This document shows, in pieces, positions 19,626-32,200 of a stretch of 64,000 bases of DNA. The position numbers and the translations under genes were made by a program. Every line of letters starts with the position of its first letter. The first letter of the stretch is position 1. Source of the DNA: Bordetella sp. (lineage in GTDB: Bacteria; Pseudomonadota; Alphaproteobacteria; Caulobacterales; Caulobacteraceae). The notes under the pieces were generated by a model. It was not told the DNA's origin. It saw nothing but the letters and a program-made list of their open reading frames with translations, and ran no database searches. The stretch covers positions 37 through 64,036 of the forward strand of contig JAFKFS010000016.1 in the NCBI GenBank assembly GCA_017308115.1, read 5' to 3'.

Positions 19626-20294
19626 ATGACCCAGTCCGTGATCCCGCCCAGCCCCTCTCGTGAAGACTACGCCGCCCAGCTTGAGGCGAACGCGGACGAA
19701 ACCCTCTTCGAGCGGGACGATCCCATCGCCCTGTTCGTGGAGTGGCTGGAGGCGGCGCGAACCTCGGAGCCCAATGATCCGAACGCCATGGCCCTGGCCA
19801 CGGTCGACGCCGAGGGCCAGCCCGACGTGCGCATGGTCCTGCTGAAGGACGTCGATGCGCGCGGCTTCACCTTCTTCTCCAATCAGGAAAGCGCCAAGGG
19901 CGGCCAGTTGTGGGCCAATCCCTGCGCCGCCCTGCTGTTCCACTGGAAGAGCCTGCGCCGTCAGGTGCGGGTGCGCGGCCCTGTCGAGCCGGTCAGCGTC
20001 GCGGAGGCTGACGCCTATTTCGCCAGCCGCGCGCGTGAAAGCCGCATCGGCGCCTGGGTCTCGGATCAGTCGCGCCCCCTGGCGGACCGCGCGACACTGG
20101 AAGCGCGGGTGGCAGAACAGACGGCGCGCTTCGAGGGGAGGGATGTGCCCCGGCCGGATCGCTGGACCGGCTGGCGGATCAAGCCGGCGCAGATCGAGTT
20201 CTGGCGTGATCGTCCCTTCCGCCTGCACGATCGCCTGCGCTTCGATCGGACGGCGCCGGACGAAGCCTGGACCCCCGTCCGCCTGTGGCCATAG
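19626..20294 (+). CDS. pdxH: Pyridoxamine 5'-phosphate oxidase
   Basis: [46 protein letters not shown]. Confidence 0.96.
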   Translation: MTQSVIPPSPSREDYAAQLEANADETLFERDDPIALFVEWLEAARTSEPNDPNAMALATVDAEGQPDVRMVLLKDVDARGFTFFSNQESAKGGQLWANPCAALLFHWKSLRRQVRVRGPVEPVSVAEADAYFASRARESRIGAWVSDQSRPLADRATLEARVAEQTARFEGRDVPRPDRWTGWRIKPAQIEFWRDRPFRLHDRLRFDRTAPDEAWTPVRLWP

Positions 20295-20310
20295 GCGGTT
20301 TCGACGTCGC

Positions 20311-20925
20311 TCAGACGGCGTAACGCGCCAGGAAGGTGTCCACCGCGTCCTCCGCAATGGCCGCGGGCGAACGCGCCGGCAGGACCTGATCGCCGGTCAC
20401 CGTCGGCACGAAGAACAGCGGGTGCTCCACCATGCCCATCAACTGGCTGGCGGCCCAGGACGGCTTGCCGAGCTTCAGTTCGCCCTTGGCCTCCATTTCG
20501 GCGAGGGCCGACACCAGCACCGTGCCGAAATCCTGCTTGGCGCGCTCATAGAAGGTCATGGCCAGGCTTTCGAAGCGGCGGCGTTCGGTCATCACCAGGC
20601 GAAGGATGGCCCTGACGAAGGGATCGCCGATGAATTCGGCATAGGCGGTCAGGAAGCTGTTCAATCGCGGGCGCGTAGGACCGGCGACGCTCTTCACCCT
20701 GGCCATTCGCTCGGCGAAGTCGGCGGAGGCTTCCTCGATCACGGCCGCGAAGAGCGCCGCCTTGTTCTCGAACATGGCGTAGAGGGTGGCGGTCGATACG
20801 CCGGCTTCCCTGGCGATCGGCTCCATCTTGGCGCCGGCGTAGCCGTCCTCGACGAAGTGCCGTCGGGCCTGGCGCACAAGGGCGTCACGTCGAGGATCGT
20901 CGAAGGCTTGGACCGAGACGGACAT
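20311..20925 (-). CDS. TetR/AcrR family regulator
   Basis: FVEDGYAGAKMEPIAREAGVSTATLYAMFENK HTH. Confidence 0.9.
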   Translation of the reverse strand: MSVSVQAFDDPRRDALVRQARRHFVEDGYAGAKMEPIAREAGVSTATLYAMFENKAALFAAVIEEASADFAERMARVKSVAGPTRPRLNSFLTAYAEFIGDPFVRAILRLVMTERRRFESLAMTFYERAKQDFGTVLVSALAEMEAKGELKLGKPSWAASQLMGMVEHPLFFVPTVTGDQVLPARSPAAIAEDAVDTFLARYAV

Positions 20926-21013
20926 CGGATTGTCACCAATCGTTAGCGGATGATCCTGCCTTTAATTCGCCACGATTGCAACGCGACGCGGTTCGATGTC
21001 GTCGGCGAGCGCC

Positions 21014-21673
21014 CTAGCTCAGCCAGGGCGCGAGCAGCGGATGAGCCAGCACCGGGGCCGCCAGGCGAACCACGGCCTGGGGGTCTTCCAGACGCACGGC
21101 GGCGGTGGCGTCGGCGACGATGAAGTCCGCGTGGACCCGCGACGGCTCCGTCAGGCGTTCGTGGCCGGGGCGGACCGTGGCGAGATACTGATGGATGACG
21201 GATTCCGCCGTGCGCCCCCGCTCCGTCTGGTCGCGCAGCAGGCGCCGGATGAAGCGGATGTCCGCGGGGGTGTCGACGAAGACCCGGATGTCGAACAGGG
21301 CCGCCAGGGCGGGCGTGCACAGCAGGTGCGTGCCTTCGACCACGACGACCGAGGCGGCGGGCACGGGTTCTCCGCCCGGTTCGCGCCCATGGTGGATGAA
21401 GGAGTAGAGGGGGGCGGTCACGCTGCGCCCGGCCTTCAGGGCGGTCAGATCGGAAATCAGCAGATCGTGATCGCGCGCGGCGACATCGTCGAAATCGTGC
21501 GTCGCGGCGTCGAATCCGGGCACGGAAGCGGCGTCGAGATAATAGGAATCCTCGCGCAGCAGGGTGGCGACGCCCTCGGGCAGGGAGGAAATCAGGGCCT
21601 CGGCCAATGTGCTCTTGCCGGAGCCCGAGCCGCCGGTGATGGCGATCAGAATGGTCATGGGCGGCTCATTCAC
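21014..21673 (-). CDS. udk: Uridine kinase
   Basis: IAITGGSGSGKST Walker A, EDSYY, VVVVEG, DIRFIRRLLRDQTERGR. Confidence 0.88.
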   Translation of the reverse strand: MNEPPMTILIAITGGSGSGKSTLAEALISSLPEGVATLLREDSYYLDAASVPGFDAATHDFDDVAARDHDLLISDLTALKAGRSVTAPLYSFIHHGREPGGEPVPAASVVVVEGTHLLCTPALAALFDIRVFVDTPADIRFIRRLLRDQTERGRTAESVIHQYLATVRPGHERLTEPSRVHADFIVADATAAVRLEDPQAVVRLAAPVLAHPLLAPWLS

Positions 21674-21833
21674 CGGGATGAAACGGGATGCAAGCCTTGA
21701 TCGCGCGTGGAAACGGCGATCTGTCGCGGGCTTCCTTCCCTTGCGTCACGTTGCCTGTCGCCGCCCACCTGTCTTAGCGTGGGGGGAGCAAGCGCCCGTT
21801 CAACCGAGGCGCATGGACGAGGGAAGACGCCGA

Positions 21834-23465
<1,632 letters not shown>

Positions 23466-23482
23466 TTCCACGGGAGGACGCG

Positions 23483-24163
23483 GTGTCGACCACACGCCCC
23501 AAGGGCCAGACTCTGGCCCTGCTGTTGCTTCTCATCGCCCTTCTGGCGCCGGCCGTGCTGCTGGTCGCGGTCTGCGGCGCCCGGCTGGACGTGTGGAGCG
23601 CCGAATTCAGTCTGGGCGTGCTGGCCATGAAGGTCGGGCGGGCGCTGGCCTTCGCCGGACTGGCGGCCGCCCTGGCCGCCTGCCTCCTGGCGTTTCGGGA
23701 GCGGCGGCTGCTCGGGATCGCCGCCGCGGCCCTGGCGATCTCGGGCGCGACGGTCGCCGGCTATCTGGTGCAGGAGCGTCGCTTCACCGCCGCGCCGCGC
23801 GACGTGGCGACCGATCCGTCCGATCCGCCCGCCTTCGCCCGCATTCTGGCGGCGGAGCGGCGCCTGGCCGGCGTTTCGGAAAGCCGGCCCCAGGCCTGCG
23901 AGGGGCTGACCCCGGCGTCGACCCAGGTTGCGCCGGAGACGGCGGCCTGGGCGCTGGAGAAGGCGGGCTTCACCGTCCTGGGCACGGCGCCGTTCCGGGT
24001 CGACGGGCGCAAGGAAGGCGCCTGGTTCGGCCTGACCTATGACGTCGCCGTTCGTATTCGCCCCGGCCGCACCGATGTCCGCGTCGCCGGGCGCGACGAC
24101 CTGCGGGCGGGGGATGAAGCCTGTCGCCTGGCCAAGGCCGTCGTCGCCGGATTGACGCCCTGA
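23483..24163 (+). CDS. Membrane protein, DUF1499-like
   Basis: GGAGG RBS plus GTG; three N-terminal TM helices, DVATDPSDPPAF, FGLTYDVAVRI. Confidence 0.65.
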   Translation: MSTTRPKGQTLALLLLLIALLAPAVLLVAVCGARLDVWSAEFSLGVLAMKVGRALAFAGLAAALAACLLAFRERRLLGIAAAALAISGATVAGYLVQERRFTAAPRDVATDPSDPPAFARILAAERRLAGVSESRPQACEGLTPASTQVAPETAAWALEKAGFTVLGTAPFRVDGRKEGAWFGLTYDVAVRIRPGRTDVRVAGRDDLRAGDEACRLAKAVVAGLTP

Positions 24164-24166
24164 GAG

Positions 24167-25084
24167 TCAGAACGCCGGATCGCTCAGCCGCCAGGTCGCG
24201 CCCAGTTCGGGCTTGGGCGACGCTTGGACCCTGCCTTCCTTCTCCAGCTTGATCAGGTGCGCTAGCACTGAAAGGCTGGCGGCCGGCCACAGGCGCTCAT
24301 CCACCCCGGCGTAGAGGGCGGGGACCATCTCCTCGATCCTGCGATCGCCCGAGGCCAGCCGAGCCATGATCTGGGCCTCGCGCTCCAGGCGATGGGCGCG
24401 GTAGGCCTTCACAAAGGGCGCGACCTGGGTGATCGCCGGGCCGTGCGTCGGCCAGATCGTCGAGAAGCCGCGCGACAAAACGGCGTCCAGGCTTTTCATG
24501 TAATCGGCCATGTCGCCGTCCGGCGGCGCCACGACGGTGGTCGACCAGCCCATGATGTGATCGCCGCTGAACAGGGCGTTTTCTTCCCGCAGGACGAAGG
24601 CCATGTGGTTGGAGGCGTGTCCCGGCGTGGCCAGGGCCTCCAGCGTCCAGCCGTCGCCTTCGATCCGCTCGCCGCCCCTCAGCGTCACGTCGCAATGGAA
24701 GTCGGCGTCGTCGTCTTCATCCAGGGGGCCTGAGGCGTGAACGGCCCGTTCCGGGGGGCGGGCGGCCAGGATCGGCGCGCCCCCGACCGCCTCCGCCAGC
24801 GGGCGGGCGAGGGGGGCGTGATCCCTATGGGTGTGCGTCACCAGGATGCAGCTGACGGTGCGGCCTTCGATCGCGCGAAGCAGGGCCGCCAGATGAGCCT
24901 CGTCCATAGGGCCGGGATCGATCACCGCGATCTCCGCCCCCGGCCGATCGCGCCCGACGATGTAGGTTCCCGTTCCCGTGAAGGTGAACGGCCCGGGATT
25001 GTCGGCGATCACCCGCTGGATCAGCGGCGAAACCTGATCGCGGCGCCCATAGGCGAAGTCGAACTGTCGAACGTAGGGGATCAT
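24167..25084 (-). CDS. MBL-fold metallo-hydrolase
   Basis: NPGPFTFTGTGTY, VIDPGP, THTHRDH, TPGHASNH, FSGDH, PTHG. Confidence 0.93.
   Translation of the reverse strand: MIPYVRQFDFAYGRRDQVSPLIQRVIADNPGPFTFTGTGTYIVGRDRPGAEIAVIDPGPMDEAHLAALLRAIEGRTVSCILVTHTHRDHAPLARPLAEAVGGAPILAARPPERAVHASGPLDEDDDADFHCDVTLRGGERIEGDGWTLEALATPGHASNHMAFVLREENALFSGDHIMGWSTTVVAPPDGDMADYMKSLDAVLSRGFSTIWPTHGPAITQVAPFVKAYRAHRLEREAQIMARLASGDRRIEEMVPALYAGVDERLWPAASLSVLAHLIKLEKEGRVQASPKPELGATWRLSDPAF
24868..25082 (-). repeat. Left arm of the ~213-bp inverted repeat (5' end of the MBL gene)
   Basis: Reverse complement aligns to 33111-33321 with about 12 mismatches and 2 small deletions (manual count). Confidence 0.92.
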
Positions 25085-25202
25085 CGATCTCGCACCCTCC
25101 AGAGGCTTCTGGTCTCCGACATATGAGCACGTCCGTCGGCAGGAAAGGCCAGTCCTGCCGAACTCATGCCGATGTGGCCGCGAGGAGGCGCGTTGGGAAA
25201 AT

Positions 25203-25778
25203 CTATTGTCGTTTCACGCGCACGGCGCGGCTGCGGCCTATGGTCAGAAGGTAGCTGCCTAGCGTGGCCCGACGTACTCGAACCTCCGCTCCTGGCTGGT
25301 TGCGGAAACGGACCGGCGCTGAATCGATCTGACGCCATTCGGCTCCGTCGGCCAGGTGAAAGGTCCATTTTCCTTCGGAGTTTTGGGAGGCTGTTGTCAG
25401 TGTGGTTTCCACAGCCTCCGCCTCGACATCATCTTCGCGTCCTTTTCCGAGAATGGAAGACAGATCTGGCGAGTTGAAACCAAAAAGTTGACGGCGTGCT
25501 TCGCGTATCTGCCCGCGTTCCACCACGACCAGGTCTCCTGCTTGCTCCGCCGCGTCTAACGCTTGGGTCGCGCGATCATAGCAGGCGAGGCGATCCGTAT
25601 CTGAACCTATCGCCCGACACGCTGTCAGGGATGCGAGGCCGGGCGTCTGCGGTGTGGCTGAAGTTTGGGCCATAGCGGCGGATGGAGAGGAAAATTGGGT
25701 CGCGGCTAGGGCTAGTATGACAATCCTAGTGCGCAACTTGCATAATTTTCCAAAATTATGGCGAGAGGCAGTGTTCAT
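25203..25778 (-). CDS. Secreted hypothetical protein A (TBDR-associated; paralog of 32570-33097)
   Basis: Signal-peptide-like N-terminus (alternative TTG start at 25736), CR-I...RLACYD Cys pair, ARRQLFGF, WTFHLADGAEWRQID, LGSY...SRAVRV. Confidence 0.85.
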   Translation of the reverse strand: MNTASRHNFGKLCKLRTRIVILALAATQFSSPSAAMAQTSATPQTPGLASLTACRAIGSDTDRLACYDRATQALDAAEQAGDLVVVERGQIREARRQLFGFNSPDLSSILGKGREDDVEAEAVETTLTTASQNSEGKWTFHLADGAEWRQIDSAPVRFRNQPGAEVRVRRATLGSYLLTIGRSRAVRVKRQ

Positions 25779-25989
25779 GATCGGGCTTGGCTCAAGAGTG
25801 TCTAATTTGCGACATGACGACGGCGAGCGTGTTACGGTTCGGATTTTCGCGTAGCCTTTGTCTCATATAGCGATCTAAGCTTTCCGTCAGCTAGTATCCG
25901 AGTGTCTTTGTGGTGCTCTGGTTCGAGACTGGCCGCGCCGAACGATGAAGTGAAGACTTCGTGATGTTTGGCGCTTCTCAGGAGGATGA

Positions 25990-28900
25990 ATGTTGAAATT
26001 ACATATGAAACGTGAGCGGTTGCTGGCGTCGACGATGATCGCTGGCTTCGCGCTCGTTGGGCTTTCGACGCCTGCCGCGGCGCAGACGGCGGACGAACAG
26101 GTCAGTCAGGTCAGCGACATCGTCGTGACCGGTTCGCGCCTGCGTCAGCCCAACCTGACCACCACCAGCCCCGTGACCCAGGTGACGGGCGAGGACATCG
26201 ACGTTCAGGGCGTGACCCGCGTCGAGGACCTGGTGTCGCAGTTGCCGCAAGCTTTCGCCGCCCAGAACTCGACTGTCGCCAACGGCGCTTCGGGCACGGC
26301 GACCGTGTCGCTGCGCAACCTCGGTTCGTCGCGCACCCTGGTGCTGATCGACGGCAAGCGCATGGGCTACGGCTCGCCCGAGGACGACGCCGCCGACCTG
26401 AACCAGATTCCGGGTCAGATGGTCGAGCGCGTCGAAGTCCTGACCGGCGGCGCCTCGGCTGTCTACGGTTCGGACGCCATCGCCGGTGTCGTGAACTTCA
26501 TCATGCGTCGTAACTTCGAAGGCGTCGAAATCGACGCTTCGTACGGCTTCTATCAGCACAACAACGACTATGACGGCGTGGGCGATCTGCGCAGCGTCAT
26601 CGCCGGCCGGGCCCAAACCAACCCGTCGCAGTTCCAACTGCCCGACGACAACGTTCAGACCGGCTTCAGCCGCGAAGTGAACATCCTGATGGGCGTCAAC
26701 GCTCCCGATGATCGCGGCAACATCACTCTGTACGCCGGTTATCGTAAGAACAACAAGGTTCTGGGCCGCGACTACGACTATTCGTCCTGTTCGCTGGGCG
26801 GCCAATCCGGCAACGCCTTTACCTGCGGCGGTTCCGGCACCTCCTTCCCGGGTCAGTTCACCGACTTCGCCACCTATGCCTATACGGTCGACGCGAGCGG
26901 CAACTTCATTCCCTATACCGCGGGCCTTCACGCCTATAACTTCGGTCCGCTGAACTATTTCCAGCGTCCGGACGAGCGTTACACCCTGGGCGCCTTCGGT
27001 CACTATGACGTGACTGATAAGGTCGAACTCTACACCCAGCTGATGTTCAGCGATTATTCGACCGTCGCGCAGATCGCGCCGTCGGGTAACTTCTTCGGCG
27101 AATTCGCCAACGGCTTCCGCACGACCGACGGCAGCTCGCTCATCAGCTGCGACAATCCCCTGCTGAGCGATCAGCAAAGGAATGCGGTGGGCTGCGCGCC
27201 CGGCCAGCAGGTGGACATGTACATCGGTCGCCGCAACGTCGAAGGCGGCGGTCGTCAATCCGACCTGCGTTATCAGGCCTATCGCGGCGTCCTCGGCGCA
27301 CGCGGCGATCTGAACGACGCCTGGAGCTACGACCTGGCGATTCAGTATTCGCGCTCGCAATACACCCAAGTCTATCGCAACGAGTTCTCCAACACCCGCC
27401 TGGCGCGCGCGCTCGACGTGGTGACGGACCCCAGCACCGGCAACCCGGTCTGCTCGTCGGTGCTGGCGGGAATCGATGCCGATTGCGTGCCCTACAACAT
27501 CTTCCGTTCCGGCGGGGTGACGCAGCAGGCGCTCGACTATCTGCAGGTGCCGCTGATCGCGACCGGCTGGACCACCCAGCAGGTCGTCACCGGCTCGCTG
27601 ACGGCCGACCTGGGTTCCTATGGGTTGAAGTCGCCGTGGGCGACGCGCGGCGTGCAGGCGGCGTTCGGCGCCGAGTATCGCCGTGACGCCCTGGACCTGA
27701 CGCCCGACGTCTCCTTCACCAGCGGCGACGGCGCGGGTCAAGGCGGCGCAAAGATGGGCCTGAACGGCGCCAACCAAGTCTATGACCTCTTCCTGGAAGC
27801 CCAGGTTCCGATCGCCGAAGGCATGGCGTTCGCTGATCAACTGTCGGTCGACCTGGCCTATCGTCATTCGGAGTATGAACTGGGCGGCGGCACGGATTCG
27901 TGGAAGATCGGCGGCGATTGGGCTCCGGTTCCGTCGGTTCGTTTCCGCGCAAGCGCCCAGCGCGCCGTCCGCGCCCCGAACGTGATCGAGTTGTTCACGG
28001 CTCAAGGCTTCAACCTGTTCGACATGGACGCCGACCCCTGCGACAAGAACGCTGCGGGCACCTATGCGGGCGACGCCGCCTGTATCGGCACCAACCCGTG
28101 GCAGGTGAGGCCGGACCAGGCCGTCAGCATGGGCATCTCCAGCCCGTCAGGGCAGTACAACTTCCTGCAAGGCGGCAGTACGTCGCTGACGCCTGAAGAA
28201 TCCGACACCCTGACGCTGGGCGTCGTCTTCACGCCGGAGTTCCTCCCAGGCTTCAATCTGACGTTGGACTATTTCAACATCGAGATTGACAACCTGATCT
28301 CGTCGATCGGCGCTCAGAACTCCCTGGACGCCTGCTATACGGCAGGTCTCGCGGCGGCTTGCGCCAACATCGAGCGTAACGCTAACGGCCAGCTGTGGGT
28401 CGGCATCGGCAATGTCGTTGACCTGAACACCAACATCGGGGGCCTCAAGACCTCGGGTCTGGATATCGCGGCCAACTACAGCATCGATCTGGCCGATTTC
28501 GGCTGGGATCGCGCCGGTCGCCTGGGCTTCGCCATGGTCGGCACCCTGCTGAACTCGCTGGAGACCGATACCGGGCTGGGCTTCGCCAACTCCAAGTACG
28601 ACTGCGCCGGCTTCTACGCCAACCAGTGCGGTGTGCCGAACCCGGAATGGCGTCACCGCTTCCGCGTTGACTGGCAGACCCCGATCGAGGGCCTGAATAT
28701 GAACGGCACCTGGCGCTACTACGGTGAAGCCGAAATCGCCGTTCTGGGGGCCGACGGCAGCCTGAACAACGCACCGGCCAACCGTCTGGATCGAGTTCTG
28801 GACTCCCAGAACTACTTCGACCTGGCCGGCACCTGGCAGATGCGGGACAATGTCTCGCTGCGCGCCGGCGTGAACAACGTCTTCGATTCCGATCCGCCGC

Positions 28901-29001
28901 TGTCCTACTCGGTCGGCACGACGGGTAACAACAACACCTACCCGCAACTGTACAACGCTATGGGCCGCTACTTCTTCTTCGGCGTCACGGCGAACTTCTA
29001 A
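25990..29001 (+). CDS. TonB-dependent receptor 1 (1003 aa)
   Basis: AGGAGG RBS, signal peptide, DIVVTGSR TonB-box region, plug RTLVLIDGKR and VYGSDAIAGVVNFI, C-terminal GVTANF; several Cys-pair loops. Confidence 0.95.
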   Translation: MLKLHMKRERLLASTMIAGFALVGLSTPAAAQTADEQVSQVSDIVVTGSRLRQPNLTTTSPVTQVTGEDIDVQGVTRVEDLVSQLPQAFAAQNSTVANGASGTATVSLRNLGSSRTLVLIDGKRMGYGSPEDDAADLNQIPGQMVERVEVLTGGASAVYGSDAIAGVVNFIMRRNFEGVEIDASYGFYQHNNDYDGVGDLRSVIAGRAQTNPSQFQLPDDNVQTGFSREVNILMGVNAPDDRGNITLYAGYRKNNKVLGRDYDYSSCSLGGQSGNAFTCGGSGTSFPGQFTDFATYAYTVDASGNFIPYTAGLHAYNFGPLNYFQRPDERYTLGAFGHYDVTDKVELYTQLMFSDYSTVAQIAPSGNFFGEFANGFRTTDGSSLISCDNPLLSDQQRNAVGCAPGQQVDMYIGRRNVEGGGRQSDLRYQAYRGVLGARGDLNDAWSYDLAIQYSRSQYTQVYRNEFSNTRLARALDVVTDPSTGNPVCSSVLAGIDADCVPYNIFRSGGVTQQALDYLQVPLIATGWTTQQVVTGSLTADLGSYGLKSPWATRGVQAAFGAEYRRDALDLTPDVSFTSGDGAGQGGAKMGLNGANQVYDLFLEAQVPIAEGMAFADQLSVDLAYRHSEYELGGGTDSWKIGGDWAPVPSVRFRASAQRAVRAPNVIELFTAQGFNLFDMDADPCDKNAAGTYAGDAACIGTNPWQVRPDQAVSMGISSPSGQYNFLQGGSTSLTPEESDTLTLGVVFTPEFLPGFNLTLDYFNIEIDNLISSIGAQNSLDACYTAGLAAACANIERNANGQLWVGIGNVVDLNTNIGGLKTSGLDIAANYSIDLADFGWDRAGRLGFAMVGTLLNSLETDTGLGFANSKYDCAGFYANQCGVPNPEWRHRFRVDWQTPIEGLNMNGTWRYYGEAEIAVLGADGSLNNAPANRLDRVLDSQNYFDLAGTWQMRDNVSLRAGVNNVFDSDPPLSYSVGTTGNNNTYPQLYNAMGRYFFFGVTANF

Positions 29002-29024
29002 ACCTTCGCAGAGGGTTGAAATCG

Positions 29025-29056
29025 GGCGGCGAGCTTTCGGGCTCGCCGCCTTTTTT
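29025..29056 (+). terminator. Rho-independent terminator of TBDR1
   Basis: GGCGGCGAGC/GCTCGCCGCC stem followed by T6. Confidence 0.88.
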
Positions 29057-29230
29057 GCGGCCTCACATCTGCTGTTGGTGAACCGGCGCCTCAGGCGCAT
29101 AGCATCCTTGGTTAGCCATCCTGGCCCAAGTGGCGGGATGACTGACGCGTCGCCGAACCCAAATTGAGCGATCCGTGCAACCAGGCGCAACTTGTCGTTC
29201 CGGCGACCTCTCAATGTGAAGGCGGCATAG

Positions 29231-29261
29231 AAAAAGGCGGCGGACCCGAGGATCCGCCGCC
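29231..29261 (-). terminator. Rho-independent terminator of TBDR2
   Basis: GGCGGCGGA/TCCGCCGCC stem followed by T5 on the minus strand. Confidence 0.85.
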
Positions 29262-29285
29262 CAGTCTTGAAGTCCGATCTACGGC

Positions 29286-32200
29286 TTAGAAGCGCGCCGT
29301 CAGACCCACGAAGTAACGACGACCGAGCACGTCATAGGTCGACGGGTCGGTGTTCGACTGGATGTTGGGCGAATACAGCTGCGGCTGCTCATCCAGAACG
29401 TTGTTCACGCCGGCGCGCAGCGAGACGGTGTCGTTGACATCCCACGAACCGCGCAGGTCGAAGTACCACACGGAGTCCGTGCCGGTGCCGGCGCCGCCGG
29501 TCACAGTGTTCGAGTGACGCATTTCGTCAATGTAACGAGCCGTAGCCGTCAGCGAGAACGGATCCAGCGACCAGCTACCTTGAACGGTGTGGCGCCATTC
29601 CGGCGTAGCCGAACCGGTGCCCGTACCGATGGTGCCGACGTAGTCGTAAACAGGATCAACGGTCGACAGTTGGCTGGTGTACTTCTCAACCCAGGTCGAC
29701 AGGACGTTCACGCCGAACGAACCCACCGATTCCGTGTCGAAGCGAACGTTGAAGGCAACGTCCACGCCCGAAGTTTCGGTGAAGGCCTGGTTACGAGACA
29801 GCAGCTTGAGCTTCTCGATGCCGCCGGTGGCCTGGTTGCGTTGGAACAGCCGGCACCACTCGTTGTTCGGATCGAAGGTCGGGTTCGCGTTGTCGCGGTT
29901 GAAGCAACGCTGAACCACGGTGCCCGCGCTCGGAGCCGAGATCACGTCTTCCAACGAGATCGACCAGTAGTCGACAGACAGGTAGAGCGAGTCAGCCCAA
30001 CCACCGGTGTTGAACGGCGATTGAGAAACGAAGCCCAAGGTCCACGATTCCGAGGTTTCCGGCATCAGATCCGGGTTACCGCCGGTGATGGTGTTCGCTT
30101 GGCTCTCCCAAGCGAAGGTCGGGTCGCCCGCGACGATCGCTTGCTTGGCGCAGAGTTCAGCAACCTTGGCGCCGTTCGCACCGTTACGGCCGAAGATGGC
30201 GGTCGTCGGTTGCCGGACATCGCACGGGTCCTGACGGTCGAACGACGGGAAGTTGTTCGTCTGCGGCGAGAACAGTTCCGAGATGGAGGGCGAACGGACA
30301 GCCGTTTGCATGCCGCCGCGGATGCGGAACCAGTCGTTGACGGCCCATTCCAGGTTAGCCTTCCACGATTCCGACGACCCCGAGTTCGAGTTGTCCGAAA
30401 CGCGGTAGCCCAGCGACAGCGACATGTCCTTGGCGAAGGCCACGTCCTTGACGATCGGCACCAGAAGTTCGGCGAACAGGTCCGTCCAGTTCAGGAAGCC
30501 CGAAACCGGCGATTGTTCGTTGAAGCCCGCCACGATGCCCGGCTGCAGGCCGCTGTCCGGACGGAAGTTGAAGTCCAGTTCGCGGTAGCTCATGCCGAAC
30601 GCGCCCTGCAGGGGGCCAGCCGGCAGTTCGAACAGGTCGCCGTTGACGGTCGCTTCAACGATTGACTGCTCGATCACGGTCAGGTTCTTGGCTTCGAGGC
30701 TGATGTAAGCCGCGCAGGTCGGATCGATCGGAGCCGAACCAAACAGGTTCAGACCGTTCGGGCACTTGCCGCCCGACAAAGCCGCCTGTTCGGCGATGGT
30801 CGGAGCGCGGAACGCGGCAACGCGAGCTGCGTATTGAGCATCGGTTTCGGTATCGCGCTTGGCGTCAACATGACCCAACAGCAGGCCAACGCGGTCACGA
30901 CGAACGTTGCCGCCTTGAATTTCGTTCAGGACCGAACGACCAAACGACGCATAGACGTCATACTGCCAGGTGTTGGTGCGCGCCAGACGGCCCTTGGTGC
31001 CGAGCGTAGCTTGCCAGACGTCGTGGGTGTTGTAGCCGGTACGGCCGCCCAGGTCGTTAAAGCGCTTCGAGAAGGCGAAAGGAGCGGTCGGGTCCGGACG
31101 CAGAGCCAGAAGACCAGCCAACTGCGAGCCGATGAAGGGGTTGCTAGCCGCAACGTTCCAGCCGGTCGAACCGCCAGCCGGCGTCGGAGCCAGTTCCTGC
31201 AGGGCGTTGTAGTTCGTGTACATCGCCTGGACATACGGCTTGAACTGCTCGTTGACCTCGTAGTTCATGCGGGTGAACAGGTTCCACCGCTCCATCGGCA
31301 GGACGAGGATGTTGTCCGGCTCGAAGTTGTACGAGAAGACGTTCGGAGCAAAATTCGTTGCGATAGCCGATTCAGGACCGGTATAGCCGTACATGTTGTA
31401 GACGGAGCTGGCGGTCAGACCGCTACAGAACAGGCTGCCGTCCGGGTTGAAGCCAAAGCCCGCGTGACCGCCGGTGTTGGCGCAACGATTGGCGCCGCCG
31501 AAGTAGGCGTCAACCGCAGCTTGGGTCGGACGGTTTGCGGCGATCATACCGGCAGTACCGCCCGGGAAGATCGTCGTGGTCGACGAGGCTTGACCTGAGA
31601 ACTCGCGGGCGTCCTTGTACATGGCTTCACGGTTGAAGTAGCCGGCGTTGAAGACCGCGTTACCCTTACCGTCAGCGAAGTTGCCGCCGAAGGTGATGTC
31701 GGTCGACCACTCTTGGCCGTCGCCTTGTTCGGTCAGACGGTACTGCGAGTCGAGCTGGATGCCTTCAAAGCTGTCACGCAGGATGAAGTTCACAACACCC
31801 GACACGGCGTCAGCGCCGTAGGTCGAGGCGGCGCCGCCCGAGATGATTTCGACGCGCTGGATCAGCGACGCCGGAATAGTGTTGGTGTCGACGGTGCCAC
31901 CAGCCGTGGAACCCATCGGGCGACGACCATCGATCAGGACCAGGTTACGACCCGAACCCAGACCGCGCAGATCGATGAAGGCGCGGCCGTTCGAGGACGG
32001 GTTGTTCGACTGCGAGGACAGACCGGCCGTGATTTGCGGCAGGGTGTTCAGATAGTGCTCGACGGTCGTCGCGCCGGAGTGGGTGATGTCTTCCTGCTGA
32101 ACGGTCAGGATCGGGCTTTCAGCAACCGCGTCCCGGCGCGCGATGCGCGAGCCGGTCACCACGATCTCATCGACGCGCGTAGCGTCGTCCTGCGAAGCGC

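Noticed and set aside
25085-25202. Direct repeat of the tRNA-Asp 3' end (att site) at the left cassette border
   Set aside because: Only a weak gaggag..gcgcg resemblance near 25182-25192, and no integrase; no classical attL/attR supported
25799-25814. TGTC-N8-GACA palindrome (CRP/Clr-like box) between hypA and TBDR1
   Set aside because: Short, and no convincing counterpart in the second module's promoter; could be chance
25999-28005. 668-aa minus-strand ORF inside TBDR1
   Set aside because: Antisense shadow; no RBS or recognisable domain
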